From positions 5,043,824 to 5,107,823 of the forward strand of contig MU054391.1 in the NCBI GenBank assembly GCA_013239625.1: DNA of 64,000 nucleotides, read 5' to 3'. Each line of letters opens with the position of its first letter. Positions within the stretch are counted from its first letter, which is position 1. Origin of the DNA: Lama guanicoe. Lineage: Eukaryota. The notes below the pieces were generated by a model. The model searched no databases. It had not been told where the DNA came from and was given only the letters and a program-made list of their open reading frames with translations. Below, piece by piece: positions 1 through 12,200 of the stretch. A program made the position numbers and the translations under genes.

Positions 1-1522
1 TATTTTTCCATTTTTGAAGATACACAAATCCTCTTCAGCCAGTAGGACTGTTTTAACATTCAATTCTTTAAACGATAATCTGAAATTGGACTCTCATTAA
101 AGTACTGACGTGTAAAACTGGTGATAGGATGATTCAAAATTAAACACATTCTAAAGAATCCAAAGTAAGGTCAATCAGACTTCAAACAGAACTCTCTATA
201 ATAAAATCTATAGGAAAAACTGAAGTAAAGCCATGAATTCATAAGCTGTAGAATATTTCAATAAAAATAATTGCATTTTCTTCTGCCTTTCACAGTGATC
301 TAGAAACCACACTTTCAAGCTATCTTATTTTTAGTGGTTCTCTTAAAAAAAAAACTGTACATTTAATTTATAACAATAAATCACCTAACAGAAGAATCTG
401 ACTCACTACAAAAGAAGTATTAAAATTTATTCTTGAGATTTTGATCTACTGAGATGTCATACAATTTTATTATAGAAATATTCCGGTTATTGTATCAGCC
501 CCCCAAACTAAGCCATAATTCTCTCAATATTAAGATAACACAGCCTTTTCAGATTCTTTAGCAGTCAGTAATCATAGAGACAAGACACTCAGCTACTCGA
601 TAAACTGTCCAGAAAGGAGGCACGTGAAAGGTATGACTTCCACGGCTGGGTAAGAATCACGCTGCACCTCCACACAGCACTAAAACATTATACACCCCCT
701 GAAGGTCAGCAATTAGTAGCTTCTGTCAACATGGAAAACAGGAGGAGCTAGCTGGTATTATGCCAAGAAGTCAAGCATGATTTCGAGTTCACTTTTGTTA
801 CACAGCAGCCAGAGATTTGGTAGCAACTCTTCTCAGCATCCTTTATGATCCGTCTCATATAATACTTAATTATGTAAATAGAAGTCTGTATTGTTTCCTG
901 TGCACAAATGTCATCTCCTTTAACCATATCCTTACAAGTTCAAGAGAAAAGCAGCCTGACAGGCTTCTCCAGTATCCCCAGCACGTCTGGCACAAGGCTG
1001 CATGCACATCAGGTACTCAATAAGGAATCAATAACTGCTAGTCAGTAACATACACTGAACCAACTTTCAAGCTTTTCTAGATGTTGATCACTGATTTTTG
1101 ACTTTTTCAAATCTGTCTATTAGAGAACGAAAACAAGTCACAGCTAAAAATATCAAAAAATTATATTATGTTTACATTGTAAAGAAAAGATATTTTAACA
1201 GAACAAAAATTCTTTCCACAGCAGTATTTCAAACTATTTGATTTGGGGAGTATTGTAATTACATTAAGATTACTAAAAGATATTCTGTATAGTTTTAACC
1301 TCCCAAAATTTCTGTGCATTAGCAATAAATCCTTAAAAGCACATGTTTATTAATACCTAGTATCTATAATATATTTATCAGGTTAAATGAAAGTATTTGC
1401 TTTTTAACCACCATTTAAGAACTGCAGGGAAATTTTTCTCGGCACATAATAAGGAAAAAATATCCTCTCTCTTAAAACTAAAAATCTCCACCACCAGTGG
1501 TTAAAGTAGAAGAGATACTTAC

Positions 1523-1621
1523 GGCTCCTTCTTGATCAACATCAGCTCCCATGGCCAATAAATGTTTGACACATTCCAAATGGCCCTTTCGTGCAGCCCA
1601 AACCAAAGGGGTGGTTCCATA
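1523..1621 (-). CDS. KIDINS220: KIDINS220 exon 7 (99 nt, ankyrin repeat): [33 protein letters not shown]; the gene continues beyond the left edge of the window
   Basis: tag| acceptor, |gtaagt donor, phase 0/0; peptide matches recalled KIDINS220/ARMS sequence. Confidence 0.96.
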
Positions 1622-1939
1622 CTATTAAAAAATAATAAATTCATAATTATTATCAAAGGTATACTAAAAGAAACTAGCTCTCAACACACTTTGAGTATTC
1701 ATTGATTATTGCTTACATCAATCATATAACCCCAGACATATTTTTCCCATTTTATTTTTCCTGAATAGATGGTTAACTACTTCATGAAATGTATTTTAAC
1801 CAACTTTAACTGTTACAATCAGTGACAATTTTTCCAGCACAAAGTCATAAAGCCTTTAATTTCTAATAAGCTTTCTTTACTTCCCTTATCTTGTGAAATA
1901 CAATCTAAAGTCCAACAGTCTGACTATAGTCAAAAATAG

Positions 1940-2150
1940 TAACAACCAAGTGCCAAACATGGTTCTAACTACTTTATGTGGGTTAACTCATGTAATCCTT
2001 ACCACGGAGTAAGTACAAATCACAGTATCACATTTTCAGAGATGAGCAAACGAGGCCCTGAGAATTACAGGCTCAAAGTCACAAAGCTACTAGGAGGCGG
2101 AGCAAGACCCATGAACCCAACGAGCCTGGCTTCAGTCTGAGCTCCTCACC
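1940..2150 (-). mobile_element. MIR SINE; other MIR copies at ~5100-5310 and ~15115-15320
   Basis: Degenerate MIR core: CATTTTCAGAGATGAGCAAACGAGGC...AAGTCACAAAGCTA. Confidence 0.6.
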
Positions 2151-3525
2151 ACCAACCACCCCAGATCAGCTCTATACTTGACAAAATAAACTTCAGCCCA
2201 GAAACTGCACTCACAAGCACCTTCCACTGGAACATGATTCAAAAGACATCAGAGAATACAAATCATGCATAAAAGCGATGCTTTATCTTCGGGGAGTCTG
2301 GCAAATGAAAGATACTATGAATACTCACCGTGACTTTCACCTAGGAGACTGCAGATTGAAATGAACATTTAATAAATGCCTACTTTTTACACCAGCCTCG
2401 ACCAACAGAACTTCTGTGCACTACTGGAGGTGTGGACAGAGAACACGGACAGGATGGAACAAGGAGCATCCAAGCTGACTAGGTAAGCAAAGGAGACTGA
2501 ACAAAGAAGACAACATCGCAACTGAGCCTTGAAAAAATACACAGGAGTTCATCAGGCAGAGGAGGCAATAACACTCCTAGCAGAGGGAACAGAATAAACA
2601 CGCACACACACACACCCACTTCATAGAAACTCGTGAAAGTTCACAGAAGGGTAGACAATCTTTTGTCTAAAAGCATAGTGCATGCGGAGAGAAGCAGCAA
2701 GAAGTACACCTGGGAGGACAGCCTGGGGCACACTGAGAAGTCTGGGCTTTGTCCTGGAACTGCAGGAGCCATCAGAGCTCCCCAAAAGTAAGAAAGAATG
2801 ACACAATTAAATACATACTTATTAACTATTTGTGGGATTAACAATTGTAAAAAACGAATAGAATCAAATCCTGGGAGCCTTCTGGAGCTGCTTGGCACAC
2901 CGGCTGAGGGTGACGGGTGAACGCAAGCTAAGCAGACGAGGAGGAGAGGCACTCCACACTGTGAAAGAGCACAGGCAAGGCGTGGAGGCCTGAGAACAGA
3001 CGCGTTCGGGAACCTGCATCATTTGATAGTCCAGCATGCAAGGTAGCTTAAGGGTATAGATAGCAGGAAAAAGGGCAGCAAGGATTATCTTTATACACCA
3101 GACATCAACAGATTTGATGTCTTTAGGATTCCAAGTATGAGAGAGAGAGAACAAAATGAATTTTAAAAGGTCATCTGGCAACAATACAGAGAAAGCAGAC
3201 AGGACCAAAGGTAGAAAGAAGAGTTATAACAGAAAACTTCAAATAATGAAGCTAGAGAAGCACCCCCATCTATTTTCCCAAGAATGATGAACGTGATATA
3301 AAAAACAATGGAAGGGCACTTAGTACGTATTTAACACCTGGAAGGAACCCAACTATGAGATGTCAGTCTACGTAAAATACATTAAGTCTATATAAAATAC
3401 ATTAATATATATAAACATAAGGTATGTCAGAGCAGCCCCATGAGATCATATGAAAATACTTGTAAGTTAGACACACTGCGTGGACATAATATGAACTGGA
3501 ACCTGGAAAGACCCTGCTGACCTAC

Positions 3526-3627
3526 CTTATCAGAGCAGTTGACTTTAGCACCGTTTTGCAGCAAAAGATGCACTATATCTGCATGGCCTCTCCCTGCTGC
3601 CCAAATGATGGGATAAACACTGTACTG
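3526..3627 (-). CDS. KIDINS220: KIDINS220 exon 6: (Q)[39 protein letters not shown] tandem acceptor gives a start at 3627 or 3624
   Basis: Visible in ORF 3427..3726; polypyrimidine tract + cagcag acceptor, |gtaggt donor; ankyrin repeat. Confidence 0.96.
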
Positions 3628-3969
3628 CTGGGAGACAGGTGAGGGGGCAGTAGGGAGACAGGAGGGAGAGAAAAGGTCTTTTAGATGGGTATTTACAACA
3701 CATCTCCTAAGAAGAGGAAATAACAAAGGGAGTAATACAAAGTCGTATCTTTAAAATTCAAGTTACAGACCATTCTCCACTTTAAAAATACACATAATGC
3801 TCATAATACACAACCGGAACAAAGATGTACTCGACCTTAAATAACTATACATTATGAACACATGTATTCTTACAGAGTCAACACATTTAATGTGATTATC
3901 TAACAGGTAAGATTAATAAGAATGTGAAACCTTTCTTTATAATCCTTTCATTAACTGAAATAAAACCAT

Positions 3970-4090
3970 TTCCTTTTCTCAGTCTTACTGAGGTATAACT
4001 GACAAATACAGTTATAAGAAATTTAGAGTGCACCATGTGATGATTGACATACATATACACTGTGAAGGGAAGCCCCTCATCAATAAAACA
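3970..4090 (-). mobile_element. Short L1 3' end fragment; a similar piece lies at ~42250-42360
   Basis: TTACTGAGGTATAACTGACA...ACATATACACTGTGAA, reverse of an L1M tail. Confidence 0.55.
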
Positions 4091-4519
4091 ACTAATCTGC
4101 AGTCTGAGATCAAGTCTCAAGTGAAGTAATAAGGCAGGTACTACCACCTACAAGAATGTACAGAGAAGTGGTACGGACACGGTATGGTCTCCCTTCTTTA
4201 AGAAAAGTTTAGATTGAGAATGCATACTCACTGAAAACAGGCAAGACTTAAGGATTTCAAAATCTCCTTTTGAAATGTTATATAGTTATAATTAATATCT
4301 AAGCTCTAAGAGTTGTCTTTTTGTTGATAAAAATTGAGAAATTAGTTTGAGAAAAAACTACATTGTGTTTTTTCTCTCATTATGTTTTGAAATCACATTC
4401 TGCGTTATTATCTTTAGTAAGATCTAGATCATTTTTTATTCATTATGAAGTCCAGCCTTAAGTATTCTCTGAAACAACTGACCACTTATATCACAGATGA
4501 ATTTTTTCTCAACGCTTAC

Positions 4520-4618
4520 CAGACCAGTGACGCTTGGGTTGGCACCGTGAGAAAGAAGCAACTCCACCACCTCAGTGCGGCCTTTATAACACGCCCACAT
4601 GAGGGCCGTCCATCCTCC
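4520..4618 (-). CDS. KIDINS220: KIDINS220 exon 5 (99 nt): [33 protein letters not shown]
   Basis: cag| acceptor, |gtaagc donor, phase 0/0, ankyrin consensus. Confidence 0.96.
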
Positions 4619-6362
4619 CTGAAGGGAAAAAACATGGTGGCGGGAGGGAAATAGAACACTGGATTGTCTCCAAGCACAAAGATGTCATTAATAAAGGTCC
4701 TTTTGTGAATATGCTTTACAAAATCACTGTTTTAAGAAATCACTACTCTGTTGTTTTTAATACCCAAGCTCCCCAGAGGAATATACAACAGTATCTGAGA
4801 AAAGTCAAACCTCTTAAGTCCAGAAATGATTGTCCAAAGCTTGCATTATATCATGGAAACTGAAATAGGAAACATTCATGCTGGACTCCTCCAAATTTCC
4901 AAGACTTATTTTGGCTGTCTGAATATTTTCCTTCAGAAAATATTCTATGTTCCTAGATAGTCTCCTCCAGACAACTAAAACAATTTAAGAAACCACTTTT
5001 TACAAATCTTGCTAAGTTTTTACACATTTTCGTAATGTGTACTTCACAGCCCCTAACTCCCTGGCTAATATACATGGAAGAGTCATAGAGGAGACAGCCT
5101 CCGGAGAAAGCAGACCTGGGCTCAAACCTCAGTCTGGCTGCTTAAGAGCTGAGTGACTTTGGGCAAAGAGTACTTCTTCAAGCTTCAATTTCCTGAACTG
5201 TATACACTGAGAGCAAATGAACCCTTAGCCCATAGGATTCTTCTGAGAAGTGAATTAGAGAGGTTACAAAGCATGAAAAGGGACCAGTCATAGAATGGGT
5301 ACCTAATATTAATTCATCTGATAAACTGGTATGGTGCCTTAATAAAATGCTGAGAACTAGGTAATTCCAAGAATTTCCCAACTACTTCATATACCAATAA
5401 GGTAAGAACATCACATTTTACTGTCACCTGACATCTCCATCCCTCACCTAGATTACTGGCATCAGTAACTTCTCTCCCTAGACTTTTATATCCATGCACT
5501 TCAAATTTTTTCAGAAATAGGGAGGATACAAATGGTTCTGCATTTTTCTATAAAAATCAGTACAACAGGCACTTCACTAAGTTTTGAGAATAAATATAAG
5601 ACTGCAGAGGTAAGAACACTGTGTAAGTCACACTGTACAACATAGTATTAAGTGCAAGATGGTGGAGTGCTGCAGCTTCTTAAAAATTCAGACCACCTGT
5701 CCTTCATAAAGCATCATCAGCAAAGTAATACATTACATCAAGGCAGTTCAATTCCTTCTTCTTATCCCCTGTTAAAATTAACTTTTGAAAAGGCTGAGCA
5801 TTTTGCAGAAAAAATAAGCCATAAATGATCACTTTCTTCACCTTTGTGCTTTAAGCAGATGTCAAAATCAAGTAAGAGCTGAGATAATTAAGGATCATAT
5901 CTTATTAAACTTGTAATGTGCACAAACAGTATATCTGAACACAGTTACATTTACAAATAAATTTAAAAGTAGTACTCTGAAAATCGTAATTTAAACAACT
6001 GAAAATATTTTAAAAACTATAGTACTATACTATGTCCCTCTTAAAATTCTTCTTAACGGGAACACCTCTCTCGTAAGTTCTAAAACACTGATACATTATA
6101 AAGGGTAATGAGTTGTTTTAACAATATTTCAGAATTTTAAACTCTGAAATAAACAGAAAATGATGACTAAGAATGTTCTAAAAGAGGTACATTGTATCAC
6201 CTGGGTTTTAAAACATTCCTGAGGGTCATTTCAATGCCCAATCCCAAATCCTAAAAACATTATTGTAACATCACCCCATACCTAAAAATGAAAGATTTCA
6301 CACATATTTGTTACTGTTAACAAGATTCCAGCTAATTAATAACATATAAAGAATGTACATAC

Positions 6363-6461
6363 CATGTCACGGTGCTCCAAGTTGACCCCGCATTTAAGCA
6401 GTTCTTCCACAATGTGCAGGTGCCCCTCTTTTGATGCTGATATAAGCGCTGTCCAGTTATC
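6363..6461 (-). CDS. KIDINS220: KIDINS220 exon 4 (99 nt): [33 protein letters not shown]
   Basis: aag| acceptor, |gtatgt donor, phase 0/0, ankyrin consensus. Confidence 0.96.
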
Positions 6462-7519
6462 CTTGAACACACAGACACAAATGTTATCATTTCAAAACCA
6501 AAAATAGCATTCCAAAGTGAGGAGAAATACATTTGAATTTACATACCAGATGATCGTACCAAATGGACATGACGTGACCCTCTCTAAACTGCTCTAAAAC
6601 AACACTGAGGCGTAAGCTCTGATAAGAAGTTAGACCTGTCTCCCCGTACAACTACAGTGTGTAGGAATGGTTTCCCAGGTGCTTGTTCAGTCTTTTCACT
6701 GGACTTCTAATCACATATCGTGTTTTTTAAAAAGGAGAAAAGATGACTATCAAAACCTCAAAACTAATCCTCGCGGCCAGCAGCCATTACTATAAACTGA
6801 AATGAAAGAGCCTGTAGTCAGATCTCAGAGCACATTTACAAACTACTAAACTGAAGCGACCCCATGTGATGAGCTCAGAAACTGTGATAAAGAACTATTC
6901 TCCTTTATTCTTTCAATAAAGGTTACAAGTATCCTATCCTAACTTTTATTCATGAGTGGTCTGTAAAAGCTAATTCAAATGATCATTCAGTTAAAGTCAT
7001 CAATTTAATATCACCAATATGAATCATAAAAACAAATATTAAAAAAACCCAGATGTGTGACCCTGAAAAACAATTCCTGGGAAGAAAGGAAGTAAGAGGA
7101 GATGTAAGACTCCTGGAACAGTGATTTACCCCCAGAAGTGGCATCAGGAGGGACCACGTCTTTCTGGCTCATCATCTATAATGATGCTTACAATAATAAG
7201 ATACCATTACGGGGAGACACTTCACAGTATAACTCATACATGGGTATCCTCTCGGTCAGCATTTAATTTACGTTTACTTGCTCCCTGTTCAGCCAGTGCA
7301 ACCTACACATGAAAGACATGACGAGCTGAGCCCTTTCGCTGAAAGTAACCATTTCTCCTGTATTACTTCTTTCAAAAAATTAACAGCGTATTACTAGGCA
7401 AAGGTGGGATACAGCTAAAGTACAAGCTGTAATCTGTTACTTTTGGATCACTTCCTAAAAACAAATAGCTAAGGTAAGGAAAAGAGAAAGACAAATGAGT
7501 AAAATATTTCAATATATAC

Positions 7520-7618
7520 CAAATCTTCCAAATTGCAATTAGCTCCATTCTTAATTAATTCTTTCACTATTTCCAGATTGCCTTGTTCAGCAGCTATCAT
7601 CAAAGGAGTCTGGCCGCA
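7520..7618 (-). CDS. KIDINS220: KIDINS220 exon 3 (99 nt): [33 protein letters not shown]
   Basis: Visible in ORF 7469..7708; ctgcag| acceptor, |gtatat donor. Confidence 0.96.
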
Positions 7619-10004
7619 CTGCAGACAGAAAAGACACAGAGAACTCGTCAACGTGCTGTGCTTAGCTGAAATACCAGTTATATCTATATACTGTACTTGA
7701 ATTTTCATGATGTTAAGTGCTGTTTACAGTACTGCATTAATTTAGAATCACCTTTGAACTCTTATCCATTTACTAATAATGCAAAAGCCAAACAGAAAAT
7801 GACATGGTTTTATAATAGCACTAGTGATCTGGCGTTGGCCCTGCAACTTGATTCACAATAAGCAAACACAAACAATACTGAGCACTGAAAAGAAGTACCA
7901 CAACCTCTATAAAATCTTGGGACAGCTACGGTAACCAAATCTCTAACAGTGCCGGTGAAATACGACACAGAACGTGGTTTTATCGTATATGTGTTTTACC
8001 AGGACTACAGGGAGAACAGTAAAACAATAAATCTCAAAATACGTGTTTTGTATATATGATGCAGTTTTTTTAAGCCTTTCTTCACAACCTTACTTCATTA
8101 ATCCCCTACTAGTGACATGAGAGAGGCCCAGCCTGTGTGCCCAGAACGAGTCACAGCAGGACGAGACAGTGCCCGCTCAGCCGGGGGCAGCGGGGCAGGG
8201 CCTGGGCAGCCGCTGCTGGGGCAGGTTACCCCAGCTGGCCTCTCCGCCGCGAGCGCAGCACACACACTGTCGCCTTCTGTAAGTGCCGCGATGTGAAACA
8301 GGTTAGAAGCACCTCAGTGGGGCTAAAGGTGCTAAAACATACTAAGGTATATGAGAAAAAAATTACACGAATAATTCGGTTCCCTTAGACACCTACTTAC
8401 TGAAGGTCTATCAGTGTGCGGCAAAATACCTGTGATTTTTCAAAATGCCAATTTGACAACATTCCACTGCTTAAAACCCTCAAAGGTTTCCTACTGCTCC
8501 TTTGGATAACCACCAAAATCCTTACATGCCTGTGGCCTAGGAAAACCCTGACTGGTGGAGAGACCACAGCAGGGCTACCTTGAAACCTGGTCTGTGCCTC
8601 GCCACTCCCTCCTCACCAACGTGCCCCCCAGCTCCTTCCCACCTCTGGACCCTCAAAGTCGTCCCTCTACCACACCCAACCAACTACCACCTACACGGCA
8701 GCTCCTGGGTCAAACATTAAACTGTCAGGGAAGCCTTGCTACCCTCCTCTAATTTCATTTACTATACTAATCCTTGTTTGTAATTACACTTTTATTTGTG
8801 TGATTAACATCTGATTATTGTGTTTCCCCAAAAGGCCCTAAACTCCCTGAGGGTGGGAAGCATGTCTGTCTGTCTGTTAAAAATTGCATCCCCAGTGGGG
8901 GACAGTGACTGCCACACAGGTACTCAGATATTTGTTGAGTAAATGAGTGAGCAAACTCTCAAGGAATTTAAAAATCTGTTAGTGGCAACATACACACAAG
9001 CAAATAATTACAGTAACTGGCAAAATACAACAGATGCTACTATAAGAATACAAGTAAACAGAAACACAAATACTGAGTGACTAAATACAAAAGTATATCA
9101 AAATTAAACACAGACACTCATGTCACGATGGATACTAAATTATATGTGGTAGTCACATGTCATTCACCCAGGGTCATTAGGGAATGAGATATTATGCATA
9201 GATTTTTCTAGGTGAAGAAGTTTAACCTTTAAACATTAAATTTGATTATAACTTTTATGACAACCATTATTTTAAAAAGCAGTGCACACACGCTACTTAT
9301 TAAGCAATTACCTTAAACATTAGGTTTATGATTCTGAGTCATAACCACAGACATCAATTATTAGCCTAGGCTTGCCTCTGTCAGCTCTAATGTCTGTGAC
9401 TTACTTTCTACAGCATCCTTCTCCCTTCTAATCAGCTGGGATAAAAAGTGAGACATCAAAGTCTCTGGTATAATATATAAATTAAAGCCAATTAATTGAA
9501 TCTATGACCCTTAAGGATATATGAACTGTACATCAGTTTTCAAAATTGTAATTCCAAAGACTCAGGAGTTTTCTGTTAACTTGAAACATTGAAAATATAG
9601 ACATTATCCTTAGAAGAAATTATTCTGAAGGCTGAAAGAAAGGCAAAAGAGCATAAACAGATCATAGTTTGAAGTCAGCAAAACAGGGTTCCATTTAGAT
9701 TTCACCAGATAGTATCTTGGATAGGAAATTGAGGGATTAAGTCATTTATCTTTAAGTCAAGATAAGTAACAGTATAGTTCTTTATAGTGCTATTCAACTT
9801 AAATGAGCTAAAAGTACAGAACTATTATCATACTTGCATAAATATTCAATAAAAACATTAGGTATCATAATTGTATTGCAATAATAAAATTTTTATATCA
9901 CAATTTCATTAATGACGGTTAACATTTAATTAAATTAGGTACCCCCATGTCAAAAAAATAATAATAAAGTAATAATTATTGATTTAGCAGCTTTAAAAAG
10001 ATTT

Positions 10005-10465
10005 ACAGTGTTTGCACGCCCATGTTCATAGCAGCACTACTCGCAATAGCCAAGAGGAGGAAACACCCCAAATGCCTGTCAGTGGATGAATGGATAAACA
10101 CACGCAGTGCAGTGTTATTCAGCTTTAATAAGGAAGGAAATCTTGTCTAATATGGATGAACCTCAAGGATATTATACTAAATGAAGTAAGTCAGTCACTA
10201 GAAGACAAACACTGTACGGTTCCACTTACTTGAGGTACCTAGAGCAGTCAAATTCACAGAAACAAAGTGTAATGGTGGTTACCAGGGGCAGGGGGAGGTG
10301 AAAACAGGGAGCTGTTTCATGGTTATGGGGTTTCAGATTTGAAAAAGTTCTGGAGATACATCACAGTAATGATTACTTAACACTGCCGAACATCACTGAA
10401 CTGTACAATGAAAAATGGTTAAGATGGAAATTTTATGTTATGTGCTTTAGCCACTTAAAAAAATC
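10005..10465 (+). mobile_element. L1 3' end fragment (L1M-type)
   Basis: CCCATGTTCATAGCAGCA...GGATGAATGGATAAAC...AAATGGTTAAGATGG..ATTTTATGTTATGTG, typical of the L1 ORF2 end and 3' UTR. Confidence 0.8.
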
Positions 10466-11285
10466 ATAAATAAAACTCTGCATGTCTGCACACACAGACA
10501 CATCCATGTGCACACATATACACACATTAGTGTAAAACTGAAATCATTTCTTATTCACTTTACTCACTGGCAAAAAAAATTAGTGTTGAAAACACAGTTC
10601 TAAGAAAAAGAATCATTTTTCTTAAGTTTGATAAAACATACATACTTTGCCACATAAAAAATTTATACATAAAATTTATTAGTCCCCAAAATGATGCAGC
10701 TTGGTTGTTCATGAGGAAATAATCAACATTTTGCTCGTTTATATTATTGAATAGAAATATCTGATACAAGTTAATGAAAATGGTAAGTACATACTTACAT
10801 GTCTTATTAAGCAGAACACATGATTTATTTAACTGTCTCTAAAGATGAAGGGCCTTTAACATCCCAAGGTGTGTGGAATGAACAACTCAGGAAAAGAGCT
10901 GAGTCCCCAAGAAAGAAAATATTTCAAAAAGTCCTAATTTTGTCTGGTTAATCTATTTATAGAAAGATTGGGTCTAGAAGCTCTTCTAAAGCTTCCTAGA
11001 AATACTTTTGATTTTAATAATTAAGCTTCTTGAATATTGATTATTCTATTTGGGGAAAAAAAGCCAATCATAAGTCTCAATCATAAACCTAAATCATAAA
11101 TCAAAAATTCAATATTCAATCATTTGTGTAAATTCAAATGTATTCCAAAAATACACAATTTGAAGTACTTTTAACTATTTAAAAATTGTATCAATATTAT
11201 GGAGGGTAAGAACCACACATTTCTTACAGTAGGTAGTCAACAAATATTTGTGAAAAGAATTTAAATTTTAGAAGCTTGCTCTCAC

Positions 11286-11393
11286 CTCATTTCTCTCATC
11301 TACATCTTTGCATTTTTCAAGAAGAGCTTTCAAAGCAGGGATATTTTCTTCTTCCACATAATTTATTACACTCTGTGATATCAAAACTGACAT
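11286..11393 (-). CDS. KIDINS220: KIDINS220 first coding part of exon 2 (exon 11286-11429, 36 nt of 5' UTR): MSVLISQSVINYVEEENIPALKALLEKCKDVDERNE
   Basis: ATG at 11393-11391, |gtgag donor, taacag| acceptor at 11430; matches recalled KIDINS220 N-terminus. Confidence 0.96.
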
Positions 11394-12017
11394 CTTCACA
11401 GAAAGCTACAGTCTTCTTTATTCCAATATCTGTTAAAGCAGATTAGATAAAATACACATAATTTGTGATTAGAAAAAAAGCTGCTAATAACTATATTATC
11501 ATTCTTAAACTTAAACTTGTACAATACAGCCCTACTGGCAGAAGTGAAAACAGAGCCCCAGAACTCAGCTATCTGAATGCCCCCTCCTCTCTTCCCAAGA
11601 GCCAAACTCATCTCACTTTTAACTCATTCAAACCCCAAACTCCAGACCCATCCCCCAAGCCCTCCTCCTCCTCATCACCCACAAATAAAAGAAACTGCTC
11701 CCCTGATCCTCCTGCTAAGTTCTCCATCTCAGTAGCTGACATGGCCACTACAGCTCCATTCTTCCAAGGCCAAAACCTTGGAATTATCCATGACTTAGCT
11801 CATCTTCTTATACCACATGCCATCTATTAGCAAATCCTTTGGTTCCACCTATAAAATGGATTTCGCATCTGATTACTACTCACCAGCTCCATCACAACCA
11901 CCCTGGTCCAGCCACTATGACCTCTCACCTAGATCCCAACTGCCTCCATTTTGCGTTTCCCACCGTCTATCCTCCACAAGGCAACCACAGCGACCTTTTG
12001 AAAACATAAGCTGAACC

Positions 12018-12200
12018 AGAGCTTCTTAAAGCATAACATACATCAGAATCACCTAGAAAGCCTGTAAAACACAGATGCCTGGGCCCTTCCCTCAGAGATG
12101 CTGACAAGTAGGTCCAGGTGCGGCCCCTGACTCGGTACCTTTAACAAGTCCCCAGGTGATGCAGCAGCTGCTGACTGAAGAACCACACCTTGAACCGTTC
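12018..12200. mobile_element. MER5A-like hAT-Charlie element inserted in an L2 fragment (L2 ~11570-12430)
   Basis: CATCAGAATCACCT...TAAAACACAGATGCCTGGGCCC...TTTAACAAGTCCCCAGGTGATGC. Confidence 0.7.
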
